A stretch of 34,047 bases of DNA from Verrucomicrobiota bacterium. GTDB taxonomy: Bacteria; Verrucomicrobiota; Verrucomicrobiia; Opitutales; Opitutaceae. The DNA is taken from assembly GCA_041165185.1 (NCBI GenBank), contig JBEANZ010000006.1, forward strand, positions 1 through 34,047. Reading direction: 5' to 3'. Shown here piece by piece: positions 25,205 to 34,047 of the stretch; position 1 is the first letter of the stretch; each line of letters starts with the position of its first letter. The notes beneath the pieces were generated by a model, which saw only the letters and a list, made by a program, of their open reading frames with translations, searched no databases and was not told where the DNA came from. The translations under genes and the position numbers were made by a program.

Positions 25205-28200
25205 TCAGCGCGCCGCCGCCGGTGCGGCCGGCTTGTTGAACCGGTCCTTCTCCTCGTCGCGTTCGAGATACGGGATGCCTTTTTCCAACCAATCGGGGGC
25301 GGGCGCGCCTTTCAGAAAATGGTCGAAGAACTGGTGCGTGCGCGCGGCGAAATCTTTCTGGTTGGCGCGGCGGCGCAGGCCGTGGAATTCGCCGTTGTAG
25401 TTGAAGAGCCACGCGGGTTTGCCGAGGCGGCGCAGGCCGAGAAACAGCTCGATGCCCTGATAATACGGCACGGCGTCGTCGTTGTCGTTGCTGAGGATGA
25501 GCAGCGGCGTCTTCACGCGCGCGAGGTGAAACACGGGCGAGTTGTCGAGGTAGGGGCGCGGATCGTCGGCGAGTTTCTTGCCGAGGCGGCTCTGCGTCTG
25601 CTCGTATTGAAACTGCCGCGGCAGGCCGCTGCCCCAGCGGATGCCGGAGTAGGCGCTGGTCATGTTGCCGACGGGCGCGCCGGCCTCGGCCGCGGCGAAT
25701 CGATCCGTCTGCGTGATCATGTAGGCGATTTGGTAGCCGCCCCACGAGTGGCCCTGGATGCCGACGGCTTTCTCGTCGATGCCGCCGAGCTTCACCGCCG
25801 CATCGATCGCGGGGAGCACGCAACGGAGCGCGCTTTGGCCGGGCGCGCCGGTTTTGTAGACGATGTCGGGCGCGAGCACGCAGTAGCCGTTGCTGGTGTA
25901 GGTGGAGAAATTGATGCTCGTGCCGGGCGCGGGGTTCACGAAGCCGTGCACGTTCTGCGAGAGCCGTTCGTAGATGTAGACGAGGAGCGGGTATTTTTTC
26001 TTCGGGTCGAAATTCGCGGGCCGGTAGAGCGCGGCCTGGAGCGGCACGCCGTCGGCGTTGCGAAACGCGATCAGCTCGGACTTGCCCCACGCAAACGCCG
26101 CGAGCTGCGCGCCGCCGGCGGTGACTTTCTCGAGCTTCGTCAACGCCGCGTCGGTTACGTGCACGTCGGGAAACTCGTCGAAGCGCGACGCGGTCACGAG
26201 CAGCACATCGGCCTCGGCGGCGCGGCCGGCGTAGCGGAAATTCTTGTCGCCCCACGCGAGGCGCTCGGGCGCGGCGGTCGCGTCGAAGCGCGTGCGGAAA
26301 AACCCCGTCGCGCGCGTCGCCTCGCTCTCGCCGCGCAACACCAGCGGCTTCGCGGGATCGAGGCCGCGCTCGTCGTCGTCCTCCTCGACGGGCTCGATGC
26401 GTTGCACGCGGAGGGAAATCTTCTGCACGCGGCCGGCGCCGGCGGTGAGATTTCGCGGCGCGCGGGCGTCGGCGAAGAGTTGCCACACGTCGTAGCGGTC
26501 GTGGACGAGCAACGACGCGCTGTCCTTCGTCCAACCGGCGGTGCCGTAGCTCGACGGCGGCTCGGGGCGGTCGTGCTGCTCGTCGGCGAAGGCGGGCTTC
26601 AGCTTCGCGGTGAGGTTGCGGGTGGCGCCGGTCGCGGTGTCGAGCACGTGCCAGTGTTGGTCCGCGAAGTAGGCGGCCCAGCGGCCGTCGGGCGACCAGA
26701 ACGGCGTGGTGCCGCGGAATTTTTTCAGGATCGCGCGGCGCGCGCCGGTCGTGGCGTCGACGAGAAACACGTCGGAGTAGCGGCCGTCGAAATCGACAAG
26801 CGCGCGATAGGCGCGGTCATCCTGGCCGAGCGCGCGCGCCGTCGTCGCTCAGCGAGACGAGCGGGAGCGTGGCGTCGGCGACCTGCGTGTAGCGGCTCGC
26901 GGCGAGGTCGAGCACGCCGCGGTAGGTGCGGTTGCGATCCTGATTGGCGCGGACGCGCTGCATGGGCTGCACGAAGTCGTCGTTCCACCGCCAGAGGTCG
27001 GCGGTCACACGGTCGACCTCATCGGGCGCGGTGCGCGACGGCTTAGGCGGCGCGCCGGCGGCGACGTAGAGTTTTTTCCCATCGCGCGAAAACGCCGGCG
27101 ACGCCTTGTCGCTCACCGCGAGATCGGCGGGGAAACCGGGCGTGGCGGTGGAGAGGATTTCCACGGCGGTGGTCGAAGCGGCCGCTGCGCCGCGTGGCCA
27201 GTGGTAGAGTTTGAAACGCGGCTGCTTCGCGGCCGCGTCGTCGCGATCACTCACAAACGCGAGCTGCGTCTGCTCGCGATCCCAGGCGAGGCGGGAATAT
27301 TTGCCCTTACCGGCGAGGAGCGCGCGCGGCGCGGCGGCGTCGCCGGGCGCGACGAGGTAGAGGCCGTTGTCGGCGTCGGCCTTCGCGCCGACCGTGTAGA
27401 GCAACGCCCCGCCGTCGCGCGCGAAGAGGTAGTCGAGCACGCTCGCGAACGTCCGCTCCGCGCCCGCCGCAAGATCGCGCAACACCAACTCCGTGCCGTA
27501 GGTGCGCGCGCCCGCGGCGGACGCGCCGGCGCCGGTGTTCGCGGTCGCGCCGCCGCGGGCGCCACCGCGCGTGCCGCGCGTCTGGTCGCGGGTGGCGGCA
27601 TTTCCATTTTCACGTTCGTCCGCATCGACATCCTCCTCGGGCGGCTCGGTCGCGACGGGTTTTTCGGCGGCGGGTTTGGCGTCGTCCGGTTTTTTCTCCT
27701 CGGGTTTTCCCTCCTTCAAATAGCGAGCCACGCGCCGCCCTTCGCGGGCACGGCGAAACTTTTCACGTCGGCCACGCGCGTGATCGCGCCGCTCGCGAGC
27801 TCGACAATCACGAGCCCGTCCTTGGGAAACTCCTCCGGTTTTTTCTTCGCCTTGCGCGCGGCGAGCACGTCGGCCTTGGCCGGGTGGGAGTTGGCGACGA
27901 GATAGCGGCCGTCGCTCGTGAAGAGCAGCCGGATCGCGCGCGGCGTGGGCGGGGCCTCGGGGTTGGTGTTTTCCTCGCCGGGCGCGGCGGCGGGCGCGGG
28001 CAACGCCCCCACCGGCACGCGCAGCTCGCGGCCGGTGGCGAGCTCACGCGCGATCACGTCGCCATCGGCGTCCTGCGGCATGGAGGCGTAGGCCAGCCAC
28101 CGCCCGTCGCGCGTGAGGTGCGGCGCGCCGAGGCTGCGCCAGGTGTCGAAATCCGTCCGCGCGATCGGGCGCGGCGCGACGGACGACGCGGGCGGCGGCG

Positions 28201-28336
28201 CGAGCTGGGGCGCGGCGGGTTGCGCGGCGACGAAGCCCAGGGTGAAAACGAAAACCGCGGGCAGCGAGGCGCCGCGCGCGAGCAGTCGGGGAGCGTGCAT
28301 GGCGGCCATCACGGCGCGCGGTCGGCGCGTTGGCAA
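25205..28336 (-). pseudogene. S9-family serine peptidase (beta-propeller plus prolyl-oligopeptidase domain) interrupted by two frameshifts
   Basis: Three consecutive minus-strand ORFs (27716..28336, 26817..27731, 25205..26770) read as one protein: signal peptide, TolB/propeller-like repeats (DGRWLAY, SDGRYL, RDGGALLY, SRDGKKLY, SPDGRWAAY), then a catalytic domain with GHSWGG (Ser), SNDNDDAVP (Asp) and EFHGL (His). The frames overlap at 27716..27731 and switch at the (GC)5 tract 26830..26839. Confidence 0.75.
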
Positions 28337-28404
28337 CCCCGCGGGCGCGCGCGGTTTTTGGCGTGGCGCGCGGCACCGCGGCGCGCACGCTCAGCGCGCC
28401 CCCT

Positions 28405-29784
28405 ATGCGCTTCACCCGCCTCGCCCGCCTCACCCCGCTCCTCCTCGCGTTGCTCGCATCACTGGCGCCGTTCGCGCCCCACGCGCGCGCCGCGAACGCC
28501 GACCGCCACATCATCCTCATCACGCTGGACGGCTTCCCCGCCTACCTCTGGCGCGATGCGACGATCCCGTTGCCCAACCTTCGCCGGCTCGCCGCCGAGG
28601 GCGCGGTCGCCGACGCCATGACGATCTCCAACCCCGCGATCACGTGGCCCAACCACACCACGCTCGTCACGGGCGTCGCGCCGCAAAAACACGGCGTGCT
28701 CTTCAACGGCTTCGTCGCCCGCCCCGCGCCCGGCAAGCCCACGAAGGTCGAGCCGTGGGTCGAAAAAGCCCGCCTTGTCCGCGTGCCCACGATCTACGAC
28801 GCCGCGTTTCGCGCCGGCCTCACCACCGCCGAGATCGACTGGGTCGCCGTCACGCGCCCTGGCACGATCACGTGGAGTTTCCCGGAGGTCTTCGATCCCG
28901 AGGCGACACTCGCGCGCGCGATGATCGCGGCGGGGGCTATTTCACTCGCCGAGATGAAAATGGCCATGACGGGCAAGCCCAACATCGTCTGGCGCGACGA
29001 ACTCTGGACGCGCGCCGCGTGCTTCACCGTCGCGCACCACCACCCGAATCTCCTCCTGTTTCACCCGCTCAACACCGACTCCACGCACCACCGCTACGGC
29101 CCCGGCTCGCCCGCGAGCATTTCCGCGCTCGCCCTCGCCGACCGCCTCGTCGGCGATCTCCTCCGCGCGATCGACGCGAGCGGCCGCCGCGAGCGGACCA
29201 CGCTGATCATCACGACCGATCACGGATTCAAGAAGGTCGAAAAATTCGCCTACCTCAACGTCGCCCTCAAGCAGGCCGGCCTCCTGCGCACCGCCGGCGC
29301 CGCCATCGCGCATTGCGACGCCTACGCCGGCACGCAGGGCGGCATCGCGTTCATCTACGTGACCGATCCGGCGCGGCGCGCCGAGCTGCTCCCGAAACTT
29401 CGCGAACTCTTCGCGGCGGCCGAGGGTGTCGCCGAGGTGCTCGACGCCACGACCGAGGCGCACGCGCGCGGGATGCCCACGCCCGCCGAAAACGAGGCGA
29501 TGGGCGAACTCATCCTCTATCCGAAACCGGGCTACTCGTTCTCCGCCGACGCCACCGGCAACCTCCTCGCCGGCCCCTCGATCAACTACGGCGGCTCGCA
29601 CGGCTATTCGTCGGCGGATGCGGAACTCGACGGGATTTTCCTCGCGAGCGGCGCCGGCATCAAACGCGGCGTGAAACTCGACCGCGTGCGCAACCTCGAC
29701 GTCGCGCCGACGATCGCGGTGCTGCTCGACGTGCCGTTCCCCGGCGCCGACGGCCGCGCGATCGAGGGGATTTTGGCGCGGTGA
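28405..29784 (+). CDS. Nucleotide pyrophosphatase/phosphodiesterase (alkaline-phosphatase superfamily, NPP type)
   Basis: Start re-assigned to ATG 28405 (MRFTRLARLTPLLLALLASLAPFAPHARA, a signal peptide). ILITLDGFPAYLW, NPAITWPNHTTLVTGVAPQKHGVLFNG (nucleophile Thr motif), ITTDHGF, GSHGY. Confidence 0.85.
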   Translation: MRFTRLARLTPLLLALLASLAPFAPHARAANADRHIILITLDGFPAYLWRDATIPLPNLRRLAAEGAVADAMTISNPAITWPNHTTLVTGVAPQKHGVLFNGFVARPAPGKPTKVEPWVEKARLVRVPTIYDAAFRAGLTTAEIDWVAVTRPGTITWSFPEVFDPEATLARAMIAAGAISLAEMKMAMTGKPNIVWRDELWTRAACFTVAHHHPNLLLFHPLNTDSTHHRYGPGSPASISALALADRLVGDLLRAIDASGRRERTTLIITTDHGFKKVEKFAYLNVALKQAGLLRTAGAAIAHCDAYAGTQGGIAFIYVTDPARRAELLPKLRELFAAAEGVAEVLDATTEAHARGMPTPAENEAMGELILYPKPGYSFSADATGNLLAGPSINYGGSHGYSSADAELDGIFLASGAGIKRGVKLDRVRNLDVAPTIAVLLDVPFPGADGRAIEGILAR

Positions 29785-29864
29785 GTTCCGCCGGATTTTT
29801 TCGTGCGCCACCGTAATCGCCGGACGCCGTCGGCACGTGTCCGCAGCGTGGTAGGCCGCCCGCG

Positions 29865-30713
29865 CTACGCTACGTCGATCACGCTCACCTGCGGGCGGCA
29901 GTTGAAGCGCAGGCCGTGCAGGTTGCCGACGCCGCGCGTGACGTAGAGCCACCGATCCTGCCAGCGGTGCAGGCCCTCGACGTAGCGCTTGTCGACGACG
30001 GGCGCAAAGGGCGTGCCGAGCAGCGGCAACCGCAATTGCCCGCCGTGCGTGTGGCCGCAGAGCACGAGATCCCAGTCGAATTCTCGGAGCAGGTCCTTCG
30101 CGTCGGGATTGTGGTTGAGCAGAATCCGCAGCGCCCCCGCGCGCGCCGGCGCCCGCGCAAACGCGATCGTCGGCTGGCACATCCCCGACCAAAAATCGCC
30201 GACGCCGACGAGCTGCACCGCGCGGCCCTTCAATGTGAGCGCGGCGCTGTCGTTGTGCAGGCACGTGATGTTGGCCGCGCGCAGCAGCGCGAGCGCCTCG
30301 TCGATGGAGTGATAACCGCCGCAACGGCCGGTCCACGGACCGCCGTCGTGGTTGCCCAGGCAGGCAAACGTCGGCGCCGCCGCGGCGAGCCGCGCGAGTT
30401 CGGCGACGAAGCCCGCGCCATCGCGCAGCACGTTGGTGAAAAAATCGCCCGTGAGCGCGATCACGTCGGGCCGTTCGGCGAGCCCGAGCGTGATCGCCTG
30501 GGCGATGAGCGCGCGCGGCACGATGGCGGAGTCGTGGAAATCCGAGAGCTGGAGCACGCGTAACGGCGGCGCGCCCGGCTCGCGCGCGAGCGGCACGCGC
30601 ACGCGCTGCACGTCGAGCCAACGCGGTTCGCCCCAGCGCGCATACGTGATCCCGCCGAACACCGCCGCCGCGCCGGCGCCGAGCGTGATGATAAATTTCC
30701 GCCGCGTGGGCAT
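29865..30713 (-). CDS. Metallophosphoesterase (calcineurin-like) with Tat-type signal
   Basis: Start re-assigned to ATG at 30713 (MPTRRKFIITLGAGAAAV). Motifs LSDFH, LTGDF, LGNHD, LLNHNPD, CGHTHGG. Confidence 0.85.
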   Translation of the reverse strand: MPTRRKFIITLGAGAAAVFGGITYARWGEPRWLDVQRVRVPLAREPGAPPLRVLQLSDFHDSAIVPRALIAQAITLGLAERPDVIALTGDFFTNVLRDGAGFVAELARLAAAAPTFACLGNHDGGPWTGRCGGYHSIDEALALLRAANITCLHNDSAALTLKGRAVQLVGVGDFWSGMCQPTIAFARAPARAGALRILLNHNPDAKDLLREFDWDLVLCGHTHGGQLRLPLLGTPFAPVVDKRYVEGLHRWQDRWLYVTRGVGNLHGLRFNCRPQVSVIDVA

Positions 30714-30832
30714 CGCCGACGAAAAGCCGCCCGCCCGTCGCGCGCGAACTTTTTGAATCGCGCGGGCCGACGCGCGCCGCACGCTGCCCCGGGCGCGCAC
30801 GGGCGCGCCGGTTTTTTTTCCCTCCGCTCCCC

Positions 30833-31834
30833 ATGCTCACCTTCGCCCAATTCGGTGCCGGCCGTATCGGCACCATCCACGCCGCCAACCTCGCCGCCAC
30901 CGGCGCGACCGCGCTCCGCTACGTCGTCGACGTCAACGCCGCCGCCGCCGCGACCCTCGCCGCGCGCCACGGCGCACGCGTCGTCGACGCCGCGACCGCG
31001 TTCGCCGATCTGGCGGTCGGCGCCGTGATTATCGCCTCCTCGACCGACACGCACGCTGAGCTGATAATCGCCGCCGCGCGCGCGGGGAAAGCGATCTTCT
31101 GCGAGAAACCGATCGACCTCTCGCTCAAGCGCGTCGACCAGTGTCTCGCCGCCGTGAAGCGCGCGGGCGTGCCGCTGTTCATCGGCTTCAACCGCCGCTT
31201 CGATCCGAGTTTCGCCGCGCTGCACGCGCGCCTCGCCGCCGGCGAAATCGGCGCGGTCGAGCAGGTGATTATTTCGAGCCGCGATCCCGGGCTGCCGCCG
31301 ATCGCCTACCTGAAAACGTCCGGCGGCCAGTTCCGCGACATGACGATCCACGACTTCGACATGGCGCGCTGGCTCCTCGGCGAGGAGCCGGTCGAGGTCT
31401 TCGCCTACGGCAGCAGTCTGGTCGATCCGGCCGTCGGAAAAATCGGCGACACCGATTCCGTGATGGTGCTCATGAAGACCGCCGCCGGCAGACTCGCGCA
31501 CATCAACAACAGCCGCCGCGCCGCCTACGGCTACGACCAACGCCTCGAAGTCCACGGCGCCAAGGGCCGTCTGCTCGCGGGCAATCGCACCGCGACGACG
31601 GTCGAGCTCGCGACCGCCGCGAACGTGAGCGCGGACAAGCCGCTGTATTTTTTCCTCGAACGCTACGCCGATGCCTACCGCGCGGAGCTGACGGCGTTCG
31701 TCGATTCGGTGGTGAACAAAAAGCCGATGCCCGTCAGCGCCCACGACGGCCGCATGGCCATCGTCCTCGCCGAGGCGGCCGTGAAATCGCTGAAGACGGG
31801 ACGGGCGGTGCGGGTGATTCCGGCACGCGGTTGA
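30833..31834 (+). CDS. iolG: myo-Inositol 2-dehydrogenase (Gfo/Idh/MocA family, IdhA/IolG-like)
   Basis: FGAGRIG Rossmann motif, FCEKPIDL, GFNRRFDPSF, SRDPGLPPIAYLKTSGGQFRDMTIHDFDMARWLLGEEPV and NSRRAAYGYDQRLEVHGAKG closely follow rhizobial IdhA as I remember it. Confidence 0.8.
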   Translation: MLTFAQFGAGRIGTIHAANLAATGATALRYVVDVNAAAAATLAARHGARVVDAATAFADLAVGAVIIASSTDTHAELIIAAARAGKAIFCEKPIDLSLKRVDQCLAAVKRAGVPLFIGFNRRFDPSFAALHARLAAGEIGAVEQVIISSRDPGLPPIAYLKTSGGQFRDMTIHDFDMARWLLGEEPVEVFAYGSSLVDPAVGKIGDTDSVMVLMKTAAGRLAHINNSRRAAYGYDQRLEVHGAKGRLLAGNRTATTVELATAANVSADKPLYFFLERYADAYRAELTAFVDSVVNKKPMPVSAHDGRMAIVLAEAAVKSLKTGRAVRVIPARG

Positions 31835-31881
31835 CGCGGCTCGCGCCGTTGCGGGCAATTGACGGCTGACGAGCAACCCGC

Positions 31882-32133
31882 ATGGTCAGCCACGTCATGG
31901 ACTACCGGAGCTTCATCGTGCGCGATCCCGCGATTTGCGGCGGAGAGCCTGTGGTCCGCGGCACGCGCGTGACCATCCGCACCGTGTTGGCGAGTCTGGC
32001 CGAAGGCGCGACGGTGGAGGAGATCGTGGCCGATTTTCCGACGCTCACGCCCGAGGTCGTGCGCGCCGTTATCGCCTTTGCCGCTACGTCCGCGTGCGAG
32101 GACTTGCCGCTGCCGGCCGTCCCGGCGGCGTAA
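31882..32133 (+). CDS. DUF433-family protein (antitoxin-like partner of DUF5615)
   Basis: IVRDPAICGGEPVVRGTRVTIRTVLASLAEGATVEEIVADFPTLTPEVVRAVIAFA is the DUF433 signature. The stop codon abuts the next ATG. Confidence 0.8.
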   Translation: MVSHVMDYRSFIVRDPAICGGEPVVRGTRVTIRTVLASLAEGATVEEIVADFPTLTPEVVRAVIAFAATSACEDLPLPAVPAA

Positions 32134-32498
32134 ATGAAGGTCAAGCTCGACGAAAACCTGCCGGAGCAACTCGCTGTGGCGCTGCGCTTGCGCGGGCATG
32201 ACGTGCACACGGTGCCCGAGGAAAACCTCCAAGGCCGCCCCGATGCCACGGTCTGGCAGGCCGCGCAGGAAGAGGGCGGTTCCTGATTACGCAGGATCTC
32301 GATTTCTCAGACGTGCGGCGATTCCGCCCCGGCACCCACGCCGGCCTGCAGCTGGTGCGGCTCAACCAACCGGGCCGACTCGCTTCGCTGCACCGCATCG
32401 ACGCACTGTTCGCCACCGAAGACGTGGCGCGTTGGCACCGCTGCTTTGTGGTGGTGACTGAACACAAAATCCGCGTTCGTGCGCCGAGCGAATCGTGA
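32134..32498 (+). pseudogene. DUF5615 (PIN-like/Mut7-C-type) toxin-like gene with a 1-nt frameshift
   Basis: ATG 32134 gives MKVKLDENLPEQLAVALRLRGHDVHTVPEENLQGRPDATVWQAAQEEG and then stops at 32284..32286. The family sequence continues in another frame as RFLITQDLDFSDVRRFRPGTHAGLQLVRLNQ...VVVTEHKIRVR, ending at 32498. The switch is near 32274..32279 (gggcgg), and one added base would restore the frame. Confidence 0.75.
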
Positions 32499-32602
32499 AC
32501 GACGGGCCGCGACCCGTCGGCGCCTACGATGGCCGCAAGGCGATGGTGCTCGCCGAGGCCGCCGTGAAATCGCAGCGCACGGGGCGGACGGTGAAGGGGT
32601 AG
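32495..32602 (+). pseudogene. Relic second copy of the iolG 3' end (35 codons plus stop)
   Basis: Translates as VNDGPRPVGAYDGRKAMVLAEAAVKSQRTGRTVKG*. The real gene end (31712..31834) reads VNKKPMPVSAHDGRMAIVLAEAAVKSLKTGRAVRVIPARG*. By hand alignment 23 of 35 residues are identical. There is no upstream ORF body. Confidence 0.7.
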
Positions 32603-32661
32603 TGGCCAACGGGGAACTGCGGGATTGCGCCGCGTCGGCGCGTGCGCATCGTGCAGACCTC

Positions 32662-32850
32662 ATGGTTGCCGCTGCCAAACGTCCCGCTGTCCGCTCGCCC
32701 GTCCATGCGGAGGCGGCGGCCGAGGAGCGGGCGCTCACGAGGCTCAACCGCCTGTTCGCGAAGGCGGCCCCGCTCGCGGCGCGCCAGCGGGAGCAAGGGC
32801 TCAAGCGTCTGCGCGATGACATCGCCGCCCGCATCCGGCTCGCCCGCTGA
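32662..32850 (+). CDS. Possible small antitoxin (62 aa) upstream of the zeta-like toxin
   Basis: ATG 32662. The helical, charged sequence (AEERALTRLNRLFAKAAPLAARQREQGLKRLRDDIAARIRLAR) overlaps the toxin start by 35 nt. No family recognised; the call rests on position and size only. Confidence 0.35.
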   Translation: MVAAAKRPAVRSPVHAEAAAEERALTRLNRLFAKAAPLAARQREQGLKRLRDDIAARIRLAR

Positions 32851-33442
32851 GCGCCCGAGGTTGCTCGTCGTGGCCGGACCGAACGGCTCCGGCAAGACCT
32901 CGGTCACGGAGCAGGGGCTCCGTCACGAGTGGTTTCAGGACTGCCTCTACATCAACGCCGACAACCTCGCGCGCGATCACTTCGGGGACTGGAATTCGCC
33001 CGACGCCGTGCTGCGGGCGGCGCAACTGGCGGACACGATGCGCGCGGAGGCGCTGGCGGAGGGCCGCAGTCTCGCGTTTGAGACCGTGTTTTCGACGACG
33101 GCAAAACTCGACTACCTGCGCCGGGCGAAGCGGGCCGGCTATTTCGTGCGGTTCTTTTTTGTCGGCACGGAGTCGCCGCTCATCAACGCGGCGCGGATCG
33201 CGCAGCGCGTCCTCGCGGGCGGCCACGAGGTGCCGATCACGAAGGTGATCAGCCGGTTCGAGCGTTCGATGGCGAATAGCGAGGCCGCCGCCGGCCTCGC
33301 CGACCGCGCCTACTTTTACGACAACACCCCCGAGGATCGGCCCGCCCGCCTAGTTTTCCGGTGCGCGGACGGCAGCGTGGAAAAGACCTACGGCGCGTTG
33401 CCGGCCTGGGCGAAGCCGATTTGGCGGGCGCTGAACCGTTGA
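32816..33442 (+). CDS. Zeta-toxin-like P-loop kinase (COG4185-type)
   Basis: Start taken at ATG 32816. LLVVAGPNGSGKTS Walker A, YINADNLA, SLAFETVFST, GYFVRFFFVGTESPLINAARIAQRVLAGGHEVP, VISRFERS. Confidence 0.85.
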   Translation: MTSPPASGSPAERPRLLVVAGPNGSGKTSVTEQGLRHEWFQDCLYINADNLARDHFGDWNSPDAVLRAAQLADTMRAEALAEGRSLAFETVFSTTAKLDYLRRAKRAGYFVRFFFVGTESPLINAARIAQRVLAGGHEVPITKVISRFERSMANSEAAAGLADRAYFYDNTPEDRPARLVFRCADGSVEKTYGALPAWAKPIWRALNR

Positions 33443-34047
33443 GTGCGAGCCATCGTCGCCGGGTGCGCGGCAACGGGGAGGAGGCAGGAACCTGCTTGCC
33501 GGATTTCGCGCGAGACTCATTCGCACCGCCGTGCCGCGCGGCAAAATTTGTCTCAAGGGGAAGACCGCCAGGCGGAAGCGCGGCGCGCCAGCGCGGGAAA
33601 GTAGCCAGCTTGCCGGGTCGAGTGACGGGCGCGCGTGGCCGACGGGATTTCTTGAGCGAACCTTTGCAGCGTGCGGGCCGCGCGTTTCAAGCATCCGTCG
33701 CAGGGCAGGCTGACGCCGATTGAGCCGTTGAGGTTGTGAGTTGCCAACGGCGCGGGGCGCGATGCTCGCCCATTTTTGGGGAGAGCCTGCGTCCCGCAGC
33801 CGGTCCGCGGCGTCCCGCCGAGGACTGTCGGAGCTGCGGCGAGACGTCGGCACCAGCACGCGGGCCGCGTGCGCTCCCCGGGAAATCGCTTCGGCCTCTC
33901 AGCGCTCAATCGCGAGTGTCCGACTCAGCCGGAAGTGTGCAGTAGGAGCTGGATTTTAGGTGGCAAAAGCGGGGCGATTTTCGACTGCATTGCAGTTGGG
34001 GAAAGGCGACAGGATTTTCTCCCACAGGCGCGACCACCAGTCGCGTT

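Noticed and set aside
1-34047. Scan for CRISPR arrays, tRNA and rRNA genes, and integrase, transposase or phage structural genes
   Set aside because: No regularly spaced direct repeats, no cloverleaf-like or rRNA-like segments, and no recombinase motifs were seen in any frame.
33956-34047. A minus-strand frame open to the right window edge, ending ...RDWWSRLWEKILSPFPNCNAVENRPAFAT*
   Set aside because: Only 30 codons are visible and no motif is present, which is too short to support a call. It may be the 3' end of a gene lying outside the window.

Overview
High-GC bacterial chromosomal segment. The gene content (duplicated orphan FtsX permease, Tat-signal Gfo/Idh/MocA oxidoreductase, TonB-dependent receptor) suggests a Verrucomicrobiota (Opitutaceae-like) or Acidobacteria-like host, but that is inference only. 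Because of the GC content, almost every real gene is shadowed by long antisense or out-of-frame ORFs, and several tracked ORFs carry spurious Arg/Pro-rich N-terminal extensions, so I re-derived starts by hand. Housekeeping genes are dnaN, pssA, moaA and iolG/idhA-like, plus two DMT transporters, a TonB-dependent receptor, an NPP phosphodiesterase, a metallophosphoesterase, and an ABC ATPase with a TolC-like protein. Accessory material is interleaved with these. (1) An m5C methyltransferase is ATGA-coupled to a PD-(D/E)XK-type partner, and an unassigned 211-232 aa gene sits tail-to-tail against them (8530-11247). This is my best candidate for an under-described defence module. (2) A RelE/ParE-fold protein with an extra C-terminal tail and no visible antitoxin is ATGA-coupled to pssA, just upstream of dnaN. 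(3) There are three further toxin-antitoxin-like loci: a ParE remnant with its antitoxin, DUF433 with a frameshifted DUF5615, and a small ORF with a zeta-like kinase. The DUF433/DUF5615 cassette sits between two diverged copies of the iolG 3' end. (4) A tandem pair of paralogous membrane-anchored helical-repeat proteins has no family I can name. (5) A 265-bp MITE is present in two inverted copies, one with a perfect 17-bp TIR and an 8-bp target-site duplication. A second 306-bp nested-palindrome element and REP-like hairpins are also present, one of the hairpins apparently inserted in frame inside a hydrolase gene. (6) An S9 peptidase gene is broken by two frameshifts, one at a (GC)5 tract. 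I found no rRNA, tRNA or CRISPR array. All family calls come from motifs read by eye; no database search was run.
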